Source: Bacillota bacterium
GTDB taxonomy: Bacteria; Bacillota; DTU025
Direction: 5' to 3'
Length of the DNA: 64,000 nucleotides
NCBI GenBank assembly: GCA_050951805.1
Contig: JBMNJT010000002.1
Span: forward strand, 544,001-608,000
Part shown: positions 10,742 to 20,554 of the stretch, in pieces
How the letters are laid out: every line of letters starts with the position of its first letter
Position numbering within the stretch: the first letter of the stretch is position 1
Made by a program: the position numbers and the translations under genes
Notes under the pieces: model-generated
What the model was told of the DNA's origin: nothing
Databases searched by the model: none
What the model saw: only the letters and a program-made list of their open reading frames with translations

Positions 10742-11854
10742 TCAGACATCAGCTTTCTGATTGCTTGAAATGATCCCGCCGCCCACAAGCAAATCCCCGT
10801 CATAGAAAACAGCAGATTGTCCAGGAGTAATTGCCCGCTGAGGCTCGTTAAACTCTACGCGCACTCTCCCATTGGCTGCAGGAAATATTACTGCTTTGGC
10901 TGCCGGCGATCTATATCTTATTTTTGCCTGCACGTCCATCTTGTCGCTTAGTGTGTCGAAGGGGATGAAATTAGTGCTCTCAACCTCGAGCCAGCTGCTG
11001 TAGAGGCGTTCGACGGGGCCAACTATTATTGTGTTCGAGTCGGGTCGTATCTCCAATACGTAAAGAGGCCGATCGGCTGCGAGACTCAGTCCCTTCCTTT
11101 GGCCAACGGTATACATGGCTATGCCACGGTGCTCCCCTATAACGTGGCCCTCTGTGTCTACGATGGGACCGGGAGTCTGGAAGGAAGGATCATTTGATGC
11201 CAAGAACTCCCGATACTTGCCCGGGGGAAGAAAGCATATCTCCTGGCTTTCCGGTCGGTCTGCCGCTTCAAGGCCGATGGACTTGGCTATTTTGCGAACC
11301 TGGACCTTTTCGAGATCGCCGAGAGGAAAGACTGAACGCGCCAGCTGTTCCTGCCCGAGTCGATAGAGCATGTATGTCTGGTCTTTGCGAGAATCGGCCG
11401 GGCGGAGAAGCAGGTATCTTCCGGAAACCGCATCCTGTCGAAGCCTTGCGTAGTGTCCGGTAGCAACCATGTCAGCGCCGAGTTCTCTGGCCTTGTGATG
11501 CAATAGGTCGAACTTGATCAGCTGATTGCATATGACGCACGGGTTCGGGGTTGATCCGCCGGCATAGGCGCGGACGAAGTCCGCAACAACAGTCTTCTTG
11601 AATTCCTCGGACAGGTCTACAACGACATGATCGATGCCTAGCGATCGAGCGACCCGAGCTGCGGAATCTGCCGCCTCTTCGCCGAAGCTGTCCCCGCACG
11701 CATCTCCTTCGAAAGGGCCGGGCCAATGCCAGGTTGTCATCGTGATTCCTATCACCCTGTGTCCTTGGGCTACGAGGAGCGCGGCGGCGACTGACGAGTC
11801 TACGCCCCCGCTCATGGCAACTGCTATTGTCTGATTGTTGATATTCGGGCCCAT
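10742..11854 (-). CDS. mnmA: tRNA 2-thiouridine(34) synthase
   Basis: AMSGGVDS, NPCVICN, ATGHYA, KDQTY, ESQEICF, TVGQRKGL, AITPGQ; start moved to the ATG behind RBS GAGGAGGGG. Confidence 0.95.
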   Translation of the reverse strand: MGPNINNQTIAVAMSGGVDSSVAAALLVAQGHRVIGITMTTWHWPGPFEGDACGDSFGEEAADSAARVARSLGIDHVVVDLSEEFKKTVVADFVRAYAGGSTPNPCVICNQLIKFDLLHHKARELGADMVATGHYARLRQDAVSGRYLLLRPADSRKDQTYMLYRLGQEQLARSVFPLGDLEKVQVRKIAKSIGLEAADRPESQEICFLPPGKYREFLASNDPSFQTPGPIVDTEGHVIGEHRGIAMYTVGQRKGLSLAADRPLYVLEIRPDSNTIIVGPVERLYSSWLEVESTNFIPFDTLSDKMDVQAKIRYRSPAAKAVIFPAANGRVRVEFNEPQRAITPGQSAVFYDGDLLVGGGIISSNQKADV

Positions 11855-12171
11855 GGGCGCCCCTCCTCTTACCGCGTGAGTCCGCTGTGCTTCACAATTG
11901 TTCTGTTGTGCTTGCGGTTGCGTCAACCATGATTACTATAGCCCACTTTCGGGTCTGCGTGGAAGATTCGCTGTAGGGAACCTTGTTCCTGATGGTCATA
12001 TCTGATACTATTGGCTAGGGATATACAGGCAATGATATCTTAATATGGTTATACATTATACATAGCTATTGCATAATCCTTCGGCAAAGCACCCCATTAT
12101 TCACGAGGCCATGAAGCAGGCAGAGTCCAGCATGTTCAGAACAAAAGCTTCCGGATAGGAGTGATGCGCCG

Positions 12172-13389
12172 GTGTATACTGCGAGGATTTCGATTTCGGG
12201 CCATCTCATTGATTCGGGTTTGCTGTCGCGGCTTCTTGATGCCGTCTCCGATCTTGGGGGAAAGTTTGAGATCGTCGAGACTCAGTTCGGGCGGATGAAG
12301 GAAGAGGAGAGCTGCGCGACTATCGAGGTGGGTGCTGACACGTGCGAGGAGCTAGACAAAATCCTTGACAAGGCGAAGGAACTGGGGGCCACCGTCTTCG
12401 ACGGCGAACCCGTTCAGCTTGCCGTCGTCGAGCAGGACGGTGTTTGTCCTGATGAGTTCTATACTAGCACAAATATTGAGACTTACGTCAATATCGATGG
12501 GCAATGGGTTCCTGTGGACGATATAGAGATGGACTGCGCGATTGTTGTTGATGCTCAAAAACCGGCAGCTAGATGTTGCCCTCTAGCCGCAGTTTCCCGC
12601 GGTGAGTACGTGGTGGTTGGAAGCAGCGGGATAAGAGTAGCCTCAATGGCCTCGGCCAAAGAGACTGAGGTCTTCTCCTTCATGGGCAGCGATGTATCGA
12701 GCGAGCGGCCTAAGGCTCTGGTTGTGGAACAGATAGCCCGGGAGATGAAAGAGGTGCGGGCCCGTGGCGGAAAGATCCTAGTGGTGGCAGGTCCTGCAGT
12801 GATTCACACAGGCGCCGGTCCACATCTTGCCAGGCTAATTGATGCGGGTTACGTAAATGTCTTCTATGCCGGGAATGCAGTGGCTACGCACGATGTTGAA
12901 TGGGCTTTGCTCGGTACCTCCCTTGGGGTTTATCTCAAGGACGGGACATCCGCCCCTATGGGCCATACGCATCACCTAAGAGCGATCAACACTATTCGAA
13001 AGGCGGGCGGGTTGAGGCCTGCGGTGGAGAAGGGGATACTGACCAAGGGGGTAATGTACTCCCTAGTTACTAATGATGTTCCGTACATTTTGGCAGGTTC
13101 CATCAGAGATGACGGCCCGTTGCCGGACGTGATAACCGATTCTGTCAAAGCTCAGGACGCCATGAGGAAGAACTTGAAGGGTGTCGAAATTGCCCTGATG
13201 CTTTCGACCATGTTGCATGCAATCGCAACAGGGAATCTTCTCCCGGCCCGTGTTAAGACGGTATGTGTTGACATAAATCCTGCTACAGTCACCAAACTTG
13301 CCGACCGGGGTACTTTCCAGGCTATTGGGATAGTCAGTGACGTGGAGTGGTTCCTCAAGGAATTGGCCGGGCATCTTGCAGCGAATTAG
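12172..13389 (+). CDS. TIGR00300/LOR-SDH family protein (ornithine cyclodeaminase-like)
   Basis: GHLIDS, EMDC, FSFMGSDVSSERP, GPAVIHTG, LAGSIRDDGPLPD, TKLADRG motifs. Confidence 0.85.
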   Translation: MYTARISISGHLIDSGLLSRLLDAVSDLGGKFEIVETQFGRMKEEESCATIEVGADTCEELDKILDKAKELGATVFDGEPVQLAVVEQDGVCPDEFYTSTNIETYVNIDGQWVPVDDIEMDCAIVVDAQKPAARCCPLAAVSRGEYVVVGSSGIRVASMASAKETEVFSFMGSDVSSERPKALVVEQIAREMKEVRARGGKILVVAGPAVIHTGAGPHLARLIDAGYVNVFYAGNAVATHDVEWALLGTSLGVYLKDGTSAPMGHTHHLRAINTIRKAGGLRPAVEKGILTKGVMYSLVTNDVPYILAGSIRDDGPLPDVITDSVKAQDAMRKNLKGVEIALMLSTMLHAIATGNLLPARVKTVCVDINPATVTKLADRGTFQAIGIVSDVEWFLKELAGHLAAN

Positions 13390-13523
13390 CCTTTAGCGCA
13401 CTGCTTGTGATGGTGTAACTTGGCTGCGCATGACAGGTCCGAAAACCCATATACATGTCATGCTGTTGCGACAGGATATTTGGCTCTGATGTAGAAAACT
13501 GCACAATGTGGGGGTGCCTTGGT

Positions 13524-14138
13524 ATGGAGGCCTTATTGCTTGTCGATCTGCAAAATGATTTCTTGCCGGGCGGTGCTCTGGGGGTGCTAGAGGGCGATCA
13601 GGTCATTCCTGTCGCCAATAGAGTACAGGAATACTTCGACATTGTTATAGCGACAGCCGATTGGCATCCGCCGGGTCATGGGAGTTTTGCCTCTTCACAT
13701 CCGGGATGCAAGGCAGGCGATGTTATTGAGCTTTCCGGCATGCCACAGGTCTTATGGCCTGACCATTGTGTGCAGCATACTGAAGGAGCTGAATTCTCTC
13801 CTCATCTGAACACTGGCAAGATCGATAAGGTAATCTATAAGGGAATGGATCCAGAAATAGACAGTTACAGTGGGTTCTTCGATAACGGAAGACGAAATGC
13901 TACTGGTCTCGAAACGTATCTTCGGGATCAGAAGGTAGACACGGTGTACGTTATGGGCTTGGCTACTGACTACTGTGTCAAATACACTGCTCTTGACGCC
14001 GTATCCTTGGGCTACAGAACCTGGCTCATTGAGGATGGGTGCAGGGGCGTGGAAGTTGCCGAAGGGGACGTGGAGCGCGCGTTGGCTGAGATGAAGGCAG
14101 CAGGTGTTCGCGTAGTGAAATCAGGAGATCTAGGTTAG
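13524..14138 (+). CDS. pncA: Nicotinamidase/pyrazinamidase
   Basis: VDLQNDFLPGGAL, DWHP..H.SF, WPDHCVQ, YSGF, GLATDYCV. Confidence 0.92.
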   Translation: MEALLLVDLQNDFLPGGALGVLEGDQVIPVANRVQEYFDIVIATADWHPPGHGSFASSHPGCKAGDVIELSGMPQVLWPDHCVQHTEGAEFSPHLNTGKIDKVIYKGMDPEIDSYSGFFDNGRRNATGLETYLRDQKVDTVYVMGLATDYCVKYTALDAVSLGYRTWLIEDGCRGVEVAEGDVERALAEMKAAGVRVVKSGDLG

Positions 14139-14228
14139 CCGCGGGAGTGACCTGGGGATAGCGTCCTGCAAACGCTGGAGCGTTATCTCATGATATACCA
14201 TAAATCATGGAACAGGGAGTGGCTACAG

Positions 14229-15404
14229 ATGAAATTCCAAGGTTTGGTTATCGGAGTCCCCACCGAGATCATGAAGGGGGAGCGGCGAGTAGCCGCGATG
14301 CCCGACACTGTCAAGAAGATGACAGCTGAAGGCGCAAAGGTACTGGTTCAGAAGGGCGCTGGAGAAGGTTCCTATTTCCACGATGAAGAGTACAGTGCAG
14401 CCGGGGCTGAGATCGTCGACAATGTAGAAGACCTCTTTGCTAGGGCCGACATCATTCTCAAGGTGAAAGAGCCGATTTTCAACGATGCCGTAGGCAAGCA
14501 TGAAGTGGATATGATGCACGAAGGCCAATGCATCATCACCTTCCTCCATCCTGCAGCTCCAGCCAATCACCAAATGGTTCAGGACATGGCCGCAAAAGGC
14601 GTTATATCCCTTACCCTTGACGGAATACCCAGGATCTCAAGGGCTCAGACCATGGATGCCCTCACCTCAATGAGCACGGTTGCCGGTTACAAGGCTTGCC
14701 TGATGGCAGCAAACAGGCTTCCCAAGTTCATGCCCATGGTGGGAACGGCAGTTGGCATGATCAAGCCGTCTACGGTGACCGTTATCGGAACGGGCATAGC
14801 GGGTCTGCAAGCGGTTGCCACGGCTAAGAGGTTGGGCGCTGTGGTCAACTCTATCGATATTAGGCCCGATGCCAATGAACAGGCAAAGAGCCTTGGAGCG
14901 AAGGTTGTCGATGTGGGCGTTCCATCTGAGATCGCCATTGCGCCTGGCGGATATGCGGCCAAGCTGCCCGACGAGTGGCTCGAAAAGGAGCGGGAGATAG
15001 TCAAGCCCGTAGTAATTGATTCCGACATAGTCATCACTGCAGCCCTGATCCCGGGCAAGCTCGCACCCGTGATCGTAACTGAAGAAATGGTCAAGGCTAT
15101 GAGGCCTGGCTCGGCGATTGTTGACATTGCGATCGACCAGGGCGGAAACGTGGAGATCACCCAGCCCGGCGAGGTCATAGAGAAATACGGCGTCAGTATC
15201 GATGGAACAAAGAATATTCCGGGAATGATGCCCACGGCCTCCACATGGATGTTCGCAAACAATATCTACAACTACACCGCAAACCTCGTCAAAGACGGCA
15301 AGATTGACCTGAATCTTGACGATGAGATCATCAAGTCTTCCTTGGTCACCCGTGACGGCCAGATTGTCCATGAAGGCGCTCGTGAAGCAATGAACATGAA
15401 ATAG
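14229..15404 (+). CDS. pntAA: NAD(P) transhydrogenase alpha subunit part 1 (domain I)
   Basis: GERRVA, PRISRAQTMDALTSM, GTGIAGLQA, ALIPGK.AP, DIAIDQGGNVE. Confidence 0.92.
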   Translation: MKFQGLVIGVPTEIMKGERRVAAMPDTVKKMTAEGAKVLVQKGAGEGSYFHDEEYSAAGAEIVDNVEDLFARADIILKVKEPIFNDAVGKHEVDMMHEGQCIITFLHPAAPANHQMVQDMAAKGVISLTLDGIPRISRAQTMDALTSMSTVAGYKACLMAANRLPKFMPMVGTAVGMIKPSTVTVIGTGIAGLQAVATAKRLGAVVNSIDIRPDANEQAKSLGAKVVDVGVPSEIAIAPGGYAAKLPDEWLEKEREIVKPVVIDSDIVITAALIPGKLAPVIVTEEMVKAMRPGSAIVDIAIDQGGNVEITQPGEVIEKYGVSIDGTKNIPGMMPTASTWMFANNIYNYTANLVKDGKIDLNLDDEIIKSSLVTRDGQIVHEGAREAMNMK

Positions 15405-15410
15405 GGAGTT

Positions 15411-15704
15411 GTGACGTCCGTGTCTGAACTGTCACTTATAATCCTCTTTGCCATCGCTACATTTGTTGGCTACAAGGTGATAAGCCAAGTTCCAAGCCTG
15501 CTTCACACGCCCCTCATGTCGGGCACAAATGCTCTTTCCGGGGTGACTGTGTTAGGCGCACTCAGCGCAACAGCGGCAGCCAAAGCCCAGGGAGCTTCGG
15601 CTGTAGGTGCAGTGCTCGGATGCGTAGCGATAATTATGGCGATGATCAACGTGGTCGGGGGCTTCTTGGTCACCGACAGGATGCTAAGGATGTTCAAAAA
15701 GTAG
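15411..15704 (+). CDS. pntAB: NAD(P) transhydrogenase alpha subunit part 2 (membrane)
   Basis: LLHTPLMSGTNALSG, INVVGGFLVTDRML. Confidence 0.93.
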   Translation: MTSVSELSLIILFAIATFVGYKVISQVPSLLHTPLMSGTNALSGVTVLGALSATAAAKAQGASAVGAVLGCVAIIMAMINVVGGFLVTDRMLRMFKK

Positions 15705-15739
15705 GGAGGGTTCAGCGGCACTGACCGCTGTATGATCTG

Positions 15740-18280
15740 ATGGATTGGAACGAAGCAATCTTTCTCGGTCTTAGCCTGGCAGACTTGCTAGGGCTGGTCT
15801 TCGTGGCAGGGACTGTCTGGGGCATCAGGCTGATGAGCTCCCCCGCTACCGCCGTTAGAGGCAACCTTATAGGCGCGGTGAGCATGACAGGTGCAATCAT
15901 AGTCACGTTGGTTGCAGAGGATATTGTCAGCGTACAGATTCTCTGGTTAGGGATGGCAGTTGGCGGTGCGCTAGGCTATATCCTTGCAGCAAGGGTGGCC
16001 ATGATCGAAATGCCTCAGATGGTCGCCCTACTAAATGGGTTTGGCGGAGGCAGCTCTGCCATTGTTTCACTCCTTACGTTGCTGGGCCCGGGGGCAATTG
16101 GGCCATTCGAAAAAGTAACCGCTATCCTCGGGCTTCTTGTCGGCGCGATAACGCTTTCCGGAAGCCTTATAGCCGCGGGGAAACTTGCAGGCAAGATAAA
16201 TCAAAGGCCAGTCATCTTCGAAAATCAGACATTTGTAAATGCTGTCGCCATCATCATCTCGGTGGCGGCGGGAGTTCGGGCTGTTCTGGCTCCAGCAGAT
16301 GCGGCCCTGTGGCCGAGCGTGATCGCACTTGTCGCGTCGCTTGCGTACGGGGTGCTCTTTACGATACGCGTTGGCGGGGCCGATATGCCGATTACTGTGT
16401 CGCTGCTTAACTCGCTTTCAGGTGTGGCGGCATCAGTTTCGGGGCTTGCTATTCGAAATCCCCTTCTTGTGGCAATAGGAGCAGTAGTAGGCGCTTCAGG
16501 CCTCATCCTTACACAGATAATGTGCAGAGCGATGAACAGGAGCCTTGGCCAGGTGCTTACGGGCAAGACCACTGTAGCGCATATCAAGGGGAGTGAGGCA
16601 AAACCGGTTTCAGCCCCTACAAAGGCTGCAGCTGGGGAGACCTCTGCTCAAGCAAGACTGGCGTCGAAGGCAGAAAAGCCCGAAAAGGCTGACTACATCT
16701 CTATTGCAAAGGCGGCTAAGAAGGTAATCGTGGTTCCCGGGTATGGCATGGCGCTAGCTCAAGCGCAGGGCGACGTGAAGGCCCTCATGGATAAACTGGA
16801 GGCCGGCGGGGCAGACGTCAAAGTGGCAATCCACCCAGTGGCGGGCCGGATGCCGGGGCACATGAATGTGCTTTTGGCAGAGGTCGATGTTCCATACGAC
16901 AAGCTATACGAGATGGACCAGATCAACGACGAGTTTGCCGAGACGGATCTGGTGATCGTGGTCGGAGCGAACGACGTTATCAACCCGGCGGCAAATACCG
17001 CGGAAGGAACGCCCATCTACGGGATGCCTATTCTCAACGTATACCAGGCAAAGCACACTGTAATATTCAATTACGACACCAAGCCCGGATACGCAGGGGT
17101 CGATAACCCGCTGTATGAGGCGGACAATGTGACGCTGGTCCTTGGGGATGCGGCGAGCACGGTAAAGGAGTTCATGGCGGAGCTCGATGCAAGCGGGGCT
17201 GCTGCTGAGTCGCAACTGTCGCCGGGCAGAGTTGATTGTCTTGACATGGCCAGGGCCGCAAAGAAGGTCATCGTAGTGCCCGGGTATGGCATGGCGATAG
17301 CTCAGGCGCAGCGCGACGTGAAGGCCCTCATGGATAAATTGGAGGCCGGCGGCGCAGATGTCAAGGTGGCGATCCACCCAGTGGCGGGCCGGATGCCGGG
17401 GCACATGAATGTGCTTTTGGCGGAAGCTGACGTCTCATACGACAAGCTATACGAGATGGACCAGATCAACGACGAGTTTGCCGAGACGGATCTGGTGATT
17501 GTGGTCGGAGCGAACGACGTTATCAACCCGGCGGCAAATACCGCGGAAGGAACGCCCATCTACGGGATGCCCATTCTCAACGTATACCAGGCAAAGCACA
17601 CTGTAATATTCAATTACGACACCAAGCCCGGATACGCAGGGGTCGATAACCCGCTGTATGAGGCGGACAATGTGACGCTGGTCCTTGGGGATGCGGCGAG
17701 CACGGTAAAGGAGTTCATGGCGGAGCTCGATGCAAGCGGGGCTGCTGCTGAGTCGCAACTGTCGCCGGGCAAAGTTGATTGTCTTGACATAGCCAGGGCC
17801 GCAAAGAAGGTCATCGTAGTGCCCGGGTATGGCATGGCGATAGCTCAGGCGCAGCGCGACGTGAAGGCCCTCATGGATAAATTGGAGGCCGACGGCGCAG
17901 ATGTCAAGGTGGCGATCCACCCAGTGGCGGGCCGGATGCCGGGGCACATGAATGTGCTTTTAGCGGAAGCTGACGTCTCATACGACAAGCTATACGAGAT
18001 GGACCAGATCAACGACGAGTTTGCCGAGACGGATCTGGTGATCGTGGTCGGAGCGAACGACGTTATCAACCCGGCGGCAAATACCGCGGAAGGAACGCCC
18101 ATCTACGGGATGCCCATTCTCAACGTATACCAGGCAAAGCACACTGTAATATTCAACTACGATACCAAGCCCGGATACGCAGGGGTCGATAACCCGCTGT
18201 ATGAGGCGGACAATGTGACGCTGGTCCTTGGGGATGCGGCGAGCACAGTAAAGGAGTTCATGGCGAAGCTCGGACTTTAG
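15740..18280 (+). CDS. pntB: NAD(P) transhydrogenase beta subunit with three tandem domain III copies
   Basis: Membrane domain (EMPQMVALLNGFGG, GGADMP..SLLNS, MCRAMNR) followed by three copies of VPGYGMA..HPVAGRMPGHMNVLLAE..GANDVINP..KPGYAGVDNPLY. Confidence 0.93.
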   Translation: MDWNEAIFLGLSLADLLGLVFVAGTVWGIRLMSSPATAVRGNLIGAVSMTGAIIVTLVAEDIVSVQILWLGMAVGGALGYILAARVAMIEMPQMVALLNGFGGGSSAIVSLLTLLGPGAIGPFEKVTAILGLLVGAITLSGSLIAAGKLAGKINQRPVIFENQTFVNAVAIIISVAAGVRAVLAPADAALWPSVIALVASLAYGVLFTIRVGGADMPITVSLLNSLSGVAASVSGLAIRNPLLVAIGAVVGASGLILTQIMCRAMNRSLGQVLTGKTTVAHIKGSEAKPVSAPTKAAAGETSAQARLASKAEKPEKADYISIAKAAKKVIVVPGYGMALAQAQGDVKALMDKLEAGGADVKVAIHPVAGRMPGHMNVLLAEVDVPYDKLYEMDQINDEFAETDLVIVVGANDVINPAANTAEGTPIYGMPILNVYQAKHTVIFNYDTKPGYAGVDNPLYEADNVTLVLGDAASTVKEFMAELDASGAAAESQLSPGRVDCLDMARAAKKVIVVPGYGMAIAQAQRDVKALMDKLEAGGADVKVAIHPVAGRMPGHMNVLLAEADVSYDKLYEMDQINDEFAETDLVIVVGANDVINPAANTAEGTPIYGMPILNVYQAKHTVIFNYDTKPGYAGVDNPLYEADNVTLVLGDAASTVKEFMAELDASGAAAESQLSPGKVDCLDIARAAKKVIVVPGYGMAIAQAQRDVKALMDKLEADGADVKVAIHPVAGRMPGHMNVLLAEADVSYDKLYEMDQINDEFAETDLVIVVGANDVINPAANTAEGTPIYGMPILNVYQAKHTVIFNYDTKPGYAGVDNPLYEADNVTLVLGDAASTVKEFMAKLGL
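16691..18271 (+). repeat. Intragenic tandem repeat, 543-bp period, about 3 copies
   Basis: Same anchors recur at 16911/17454/17997 and 16691/17234/17777. Confidence 0.95.
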
Positions 18281-18323
18281 CCGAACTCCATGGCGGGATA
18301 GTGTTTCCACATTAGATAGCTGC

Positions 18324-18366
18324 AAACCCTTCGCCCGGCGGAAGCCGGAGCGGAGGGTTTCATTTC
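18324..18366 (+). terminator. Terminator hairpin after the pnt operon
   Basis: AAACCCTTCGC...GCGGAGGGTTT followed by CATTT. Confidence 0.55.
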
Positions 18367-18721
18367 TCGCTGCTATGACATTATTGTTCCCGCAGGGGAA
18401 CCGATCGGCTTAGGTAAAGGAATGTGTTAGGATCCCAACCCCCGCCTTATGAAGCAGGCAGTCAAGCCCTAATGCTAGTTTCGTCAGTGGCGCCGAAGAC
18501 CTAGGGTTGGCAGACTCATGTCCGTATTCCCTACGCCCTCATCTAGGAAATTGACCAGCATGATTCCGATCCGTATTTTCGGACGCTTGGCGGGCCAGGA
18601 CAGACTCAAATGGCTGAAATGGTCGTCAGTTTGAACAGTAGAGCTGGAGCGAAGGCTATTGGTGATGACAATTGGGCGTGCAATAACACGCTATGTGAGA
18701 AACACGGCCTGGCTGGGCAAG

Positions 18722-20554
18722 CTATGGATAGAATGGGGTTTCTGACCTGGTGGAGGGGTCAAATGGCCCTGATTTAAGTGAGGTCAGAACATTTTCAGAT
18801 ATTGCGTTTGCGCTGAAGATCGATACGCCTCTGGCGCCCGCCGCGCGAGCTGCTTCTACGAGGGCAGGCACGCCCTCGCCCGCTTGGGACTGGGCCATTG
18901 AATCTGCATCAATCCCCGCGATCATTTGCGTCTTGTTCCCGGCGAAGGATTGGGCCGCCCGTATCATCGTGTCGAACAGATCGAGGTCTTGCGTGTAGGT
19001 GAAGACGACTACAAAATCGAGGCACCCTTTCTCACACCAAGCTTTCCAGTCCTGCATCCTTGTGAGGATTGCTTCCGGATAGGGATAGACGGCGGCGGAG
19101 ACCAGAGTTCCCGGAGCAGCAGACCTAATTGCATCGGAGAGCTTTATCATGAAACTGGTAAGATTGTTGCACCGCCAGTCGAACCAGGCGTTCCATTTCG
19201 CTATGTCGAGCCTTACGTCACGGGGTTGAAAGCCCAGGTCTTCCGTAGCCAGTTTCGTGATGGTGGGTGCATAGTCGTACGGAATGGTTCGGCCGTACGG
19301 ATAGCGAAGGTAGTCAAAGTGAACACCGTCGACGGCGTGTTCTGTGACCAATTCCCACGCAAGGTCGAGTATGAACTCCTGAACTTGGGGATGAGCTGGG
19401 GACAGAAAGCACCTGTCTGATTCGGCTGCTGAAGGAATGCGGCCATCAAGCCCGACGGCCGCCCAATCCGGGTTTTCCTGAAGGATCTGCGGCGGCGTTT
19501 CCTTCTCTGACGCGAATCCGACACAGAAGGTCTCAAGCCAGGCGTGGATCTGAATACCCTGTTTGTGGCCTTCGTCTATGGCTATTGCAAGGGGGTCAAA
19601 TTCCGAATAAATGGGGTTTTGCACGCCGACATCGCTTGGGTAGATTGTGTAGCCATCATAGAAAGAGTCCACAAAGACGAGGTTGAAATTGGCGTTGGCG
19701 AGCCGCTTCACATCCGCCCGTATCTGTTCTTCTCTGGCCGCAGGTCGATACCACGTTGCTCTGGTGTCTAGCCGCCCTAGGTTGAACTTGGCCTTGTATT
19801 TCGTGTTGACGAGGTAATCGATGGTATTGGTTATTAATGTGACTACCTCGGGAGATGAAAGGTTCTTGCGAGCAAAAAGATTCTCTGAACAATAAATGCC
19901 ATATTCGGTTTCGACTATCGCAGATCGGCCTGTTGACCACTTGGCCAGGATGATCGCGTTCGGATTCATCTTATTGGTGAGCCCATAAGTGCTTGGCACA
20001 GGTATATCTGATTCAATGCCTCGAAAAATAGGGTGCGATTTGGCAGCGGGGACTATGTGGTTGTTCCCTGAAGTGCCAGTCGATGAATATCGTACGCCCA
20101 TAATTGAGCTGAGTCCGTAGTCAGTACGGGTCCGCCAAAAATCGTCGCGAAGGGATGTGTCGTATGTAGAAAATACTCGGCCTCCCGCCGTCGCAAAAGC
20201 CTCTATTTGGTCGATTGCAAGAGAAGACATGCAGCTGGTTGCAGGCAGGATCAAAGCTTTGTATGACGACAGAGCGCCTATTTCGACATCATGGTCATTG
20301 ATTACGGCTGCCGAAATGCCCGACCGTGCCAATGTACTCATTAGCCATGTAGCGTCAATGAACTCCTCGCTATATGTCCACGCTTTAAGATCCGCGTAAT
20401 GCCTCGTATATCCCGAATCGAGGATCGCGACCTCTGCGCCTTCGAACCCCAACCCGGGAGTTGAAACGTTAGCGGTAGCGCGAAAAGCAGGATTGAAGCC
20501 TGCGATCAATATGAATGCCAAGGATACAATAACCGCGGCAGGGCGATATCTCAA
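18722..20554 (-). CDS. Secreted glycoside hydrolase-like family 10 (YddW/DUF187-type) protein with N-terminal GATase-like/beta-galactosidase trimerisation domain
   Basis: Signal peptide; YKALILP..CMS...F...GG; RATW, FDPL...IDEGHK.GIQIHAW, LSPAHP.V, DGVHFDYLRYP, QDW..W. Confidence 0.8.
   Translation of the reverse strand: MRYRPAAVIVSLAFILIAGFNPAFRATANVSTPGLGFEGAEVAILDSGYTRHYADLKAWTYSEEFIDATWLMSTLARSGISAAVINDHDVEIGALSSYKALILPATSCMSSLAIDQIEAFATAGGRVFSTYDTSLRDDFWRTRTDYGLSSIMGVRYSSTGTSGNNHIVPAAKSHPIFRGIESDIPVPSTYGLTNKMNPNAIILAKWSTGRSAIVETEYGIYCSENLFARKNLSSPEVVTLITNTIDYLVNTKYKAKFNLGRLDTRATWYRPAAREEQIRADVKRLANANFNLVFVDSFYDGYTIYPSDVGVQNPIYSEFDPLAIAIDEGHKQGIQIHAWLETFCVGFASEKETPPQILQENPDWAAVGLDGRIPSAAESDRCFLSPAHPQVQEFILDLAWELVTEHAVDGVHFDYLRYPYGRTIPYDYAPTITKLATEDLGFQPRDVRLDIAKWNAWFDWRCNNLTSFMIKLSDAIRSAAPGTLVSAAVYPYPEAILTRMQDWKAWCEKGCLDFVVVFTYTQDLDLFDTMIRAAQSFAGNKTQMIAGIDADSMAQSQAGEGVPALVEAARAAGARGVSIFSANAISENVLTSLKSGPFDPSTRSETPFYP

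Noticed and set aside
12045-12080. ArgR ARG boxes upstream of the TIGR00300 gene
   Set aside because: Only half-site matches (TTATACA, TGCATAAT) in an AT-rich promoter region.
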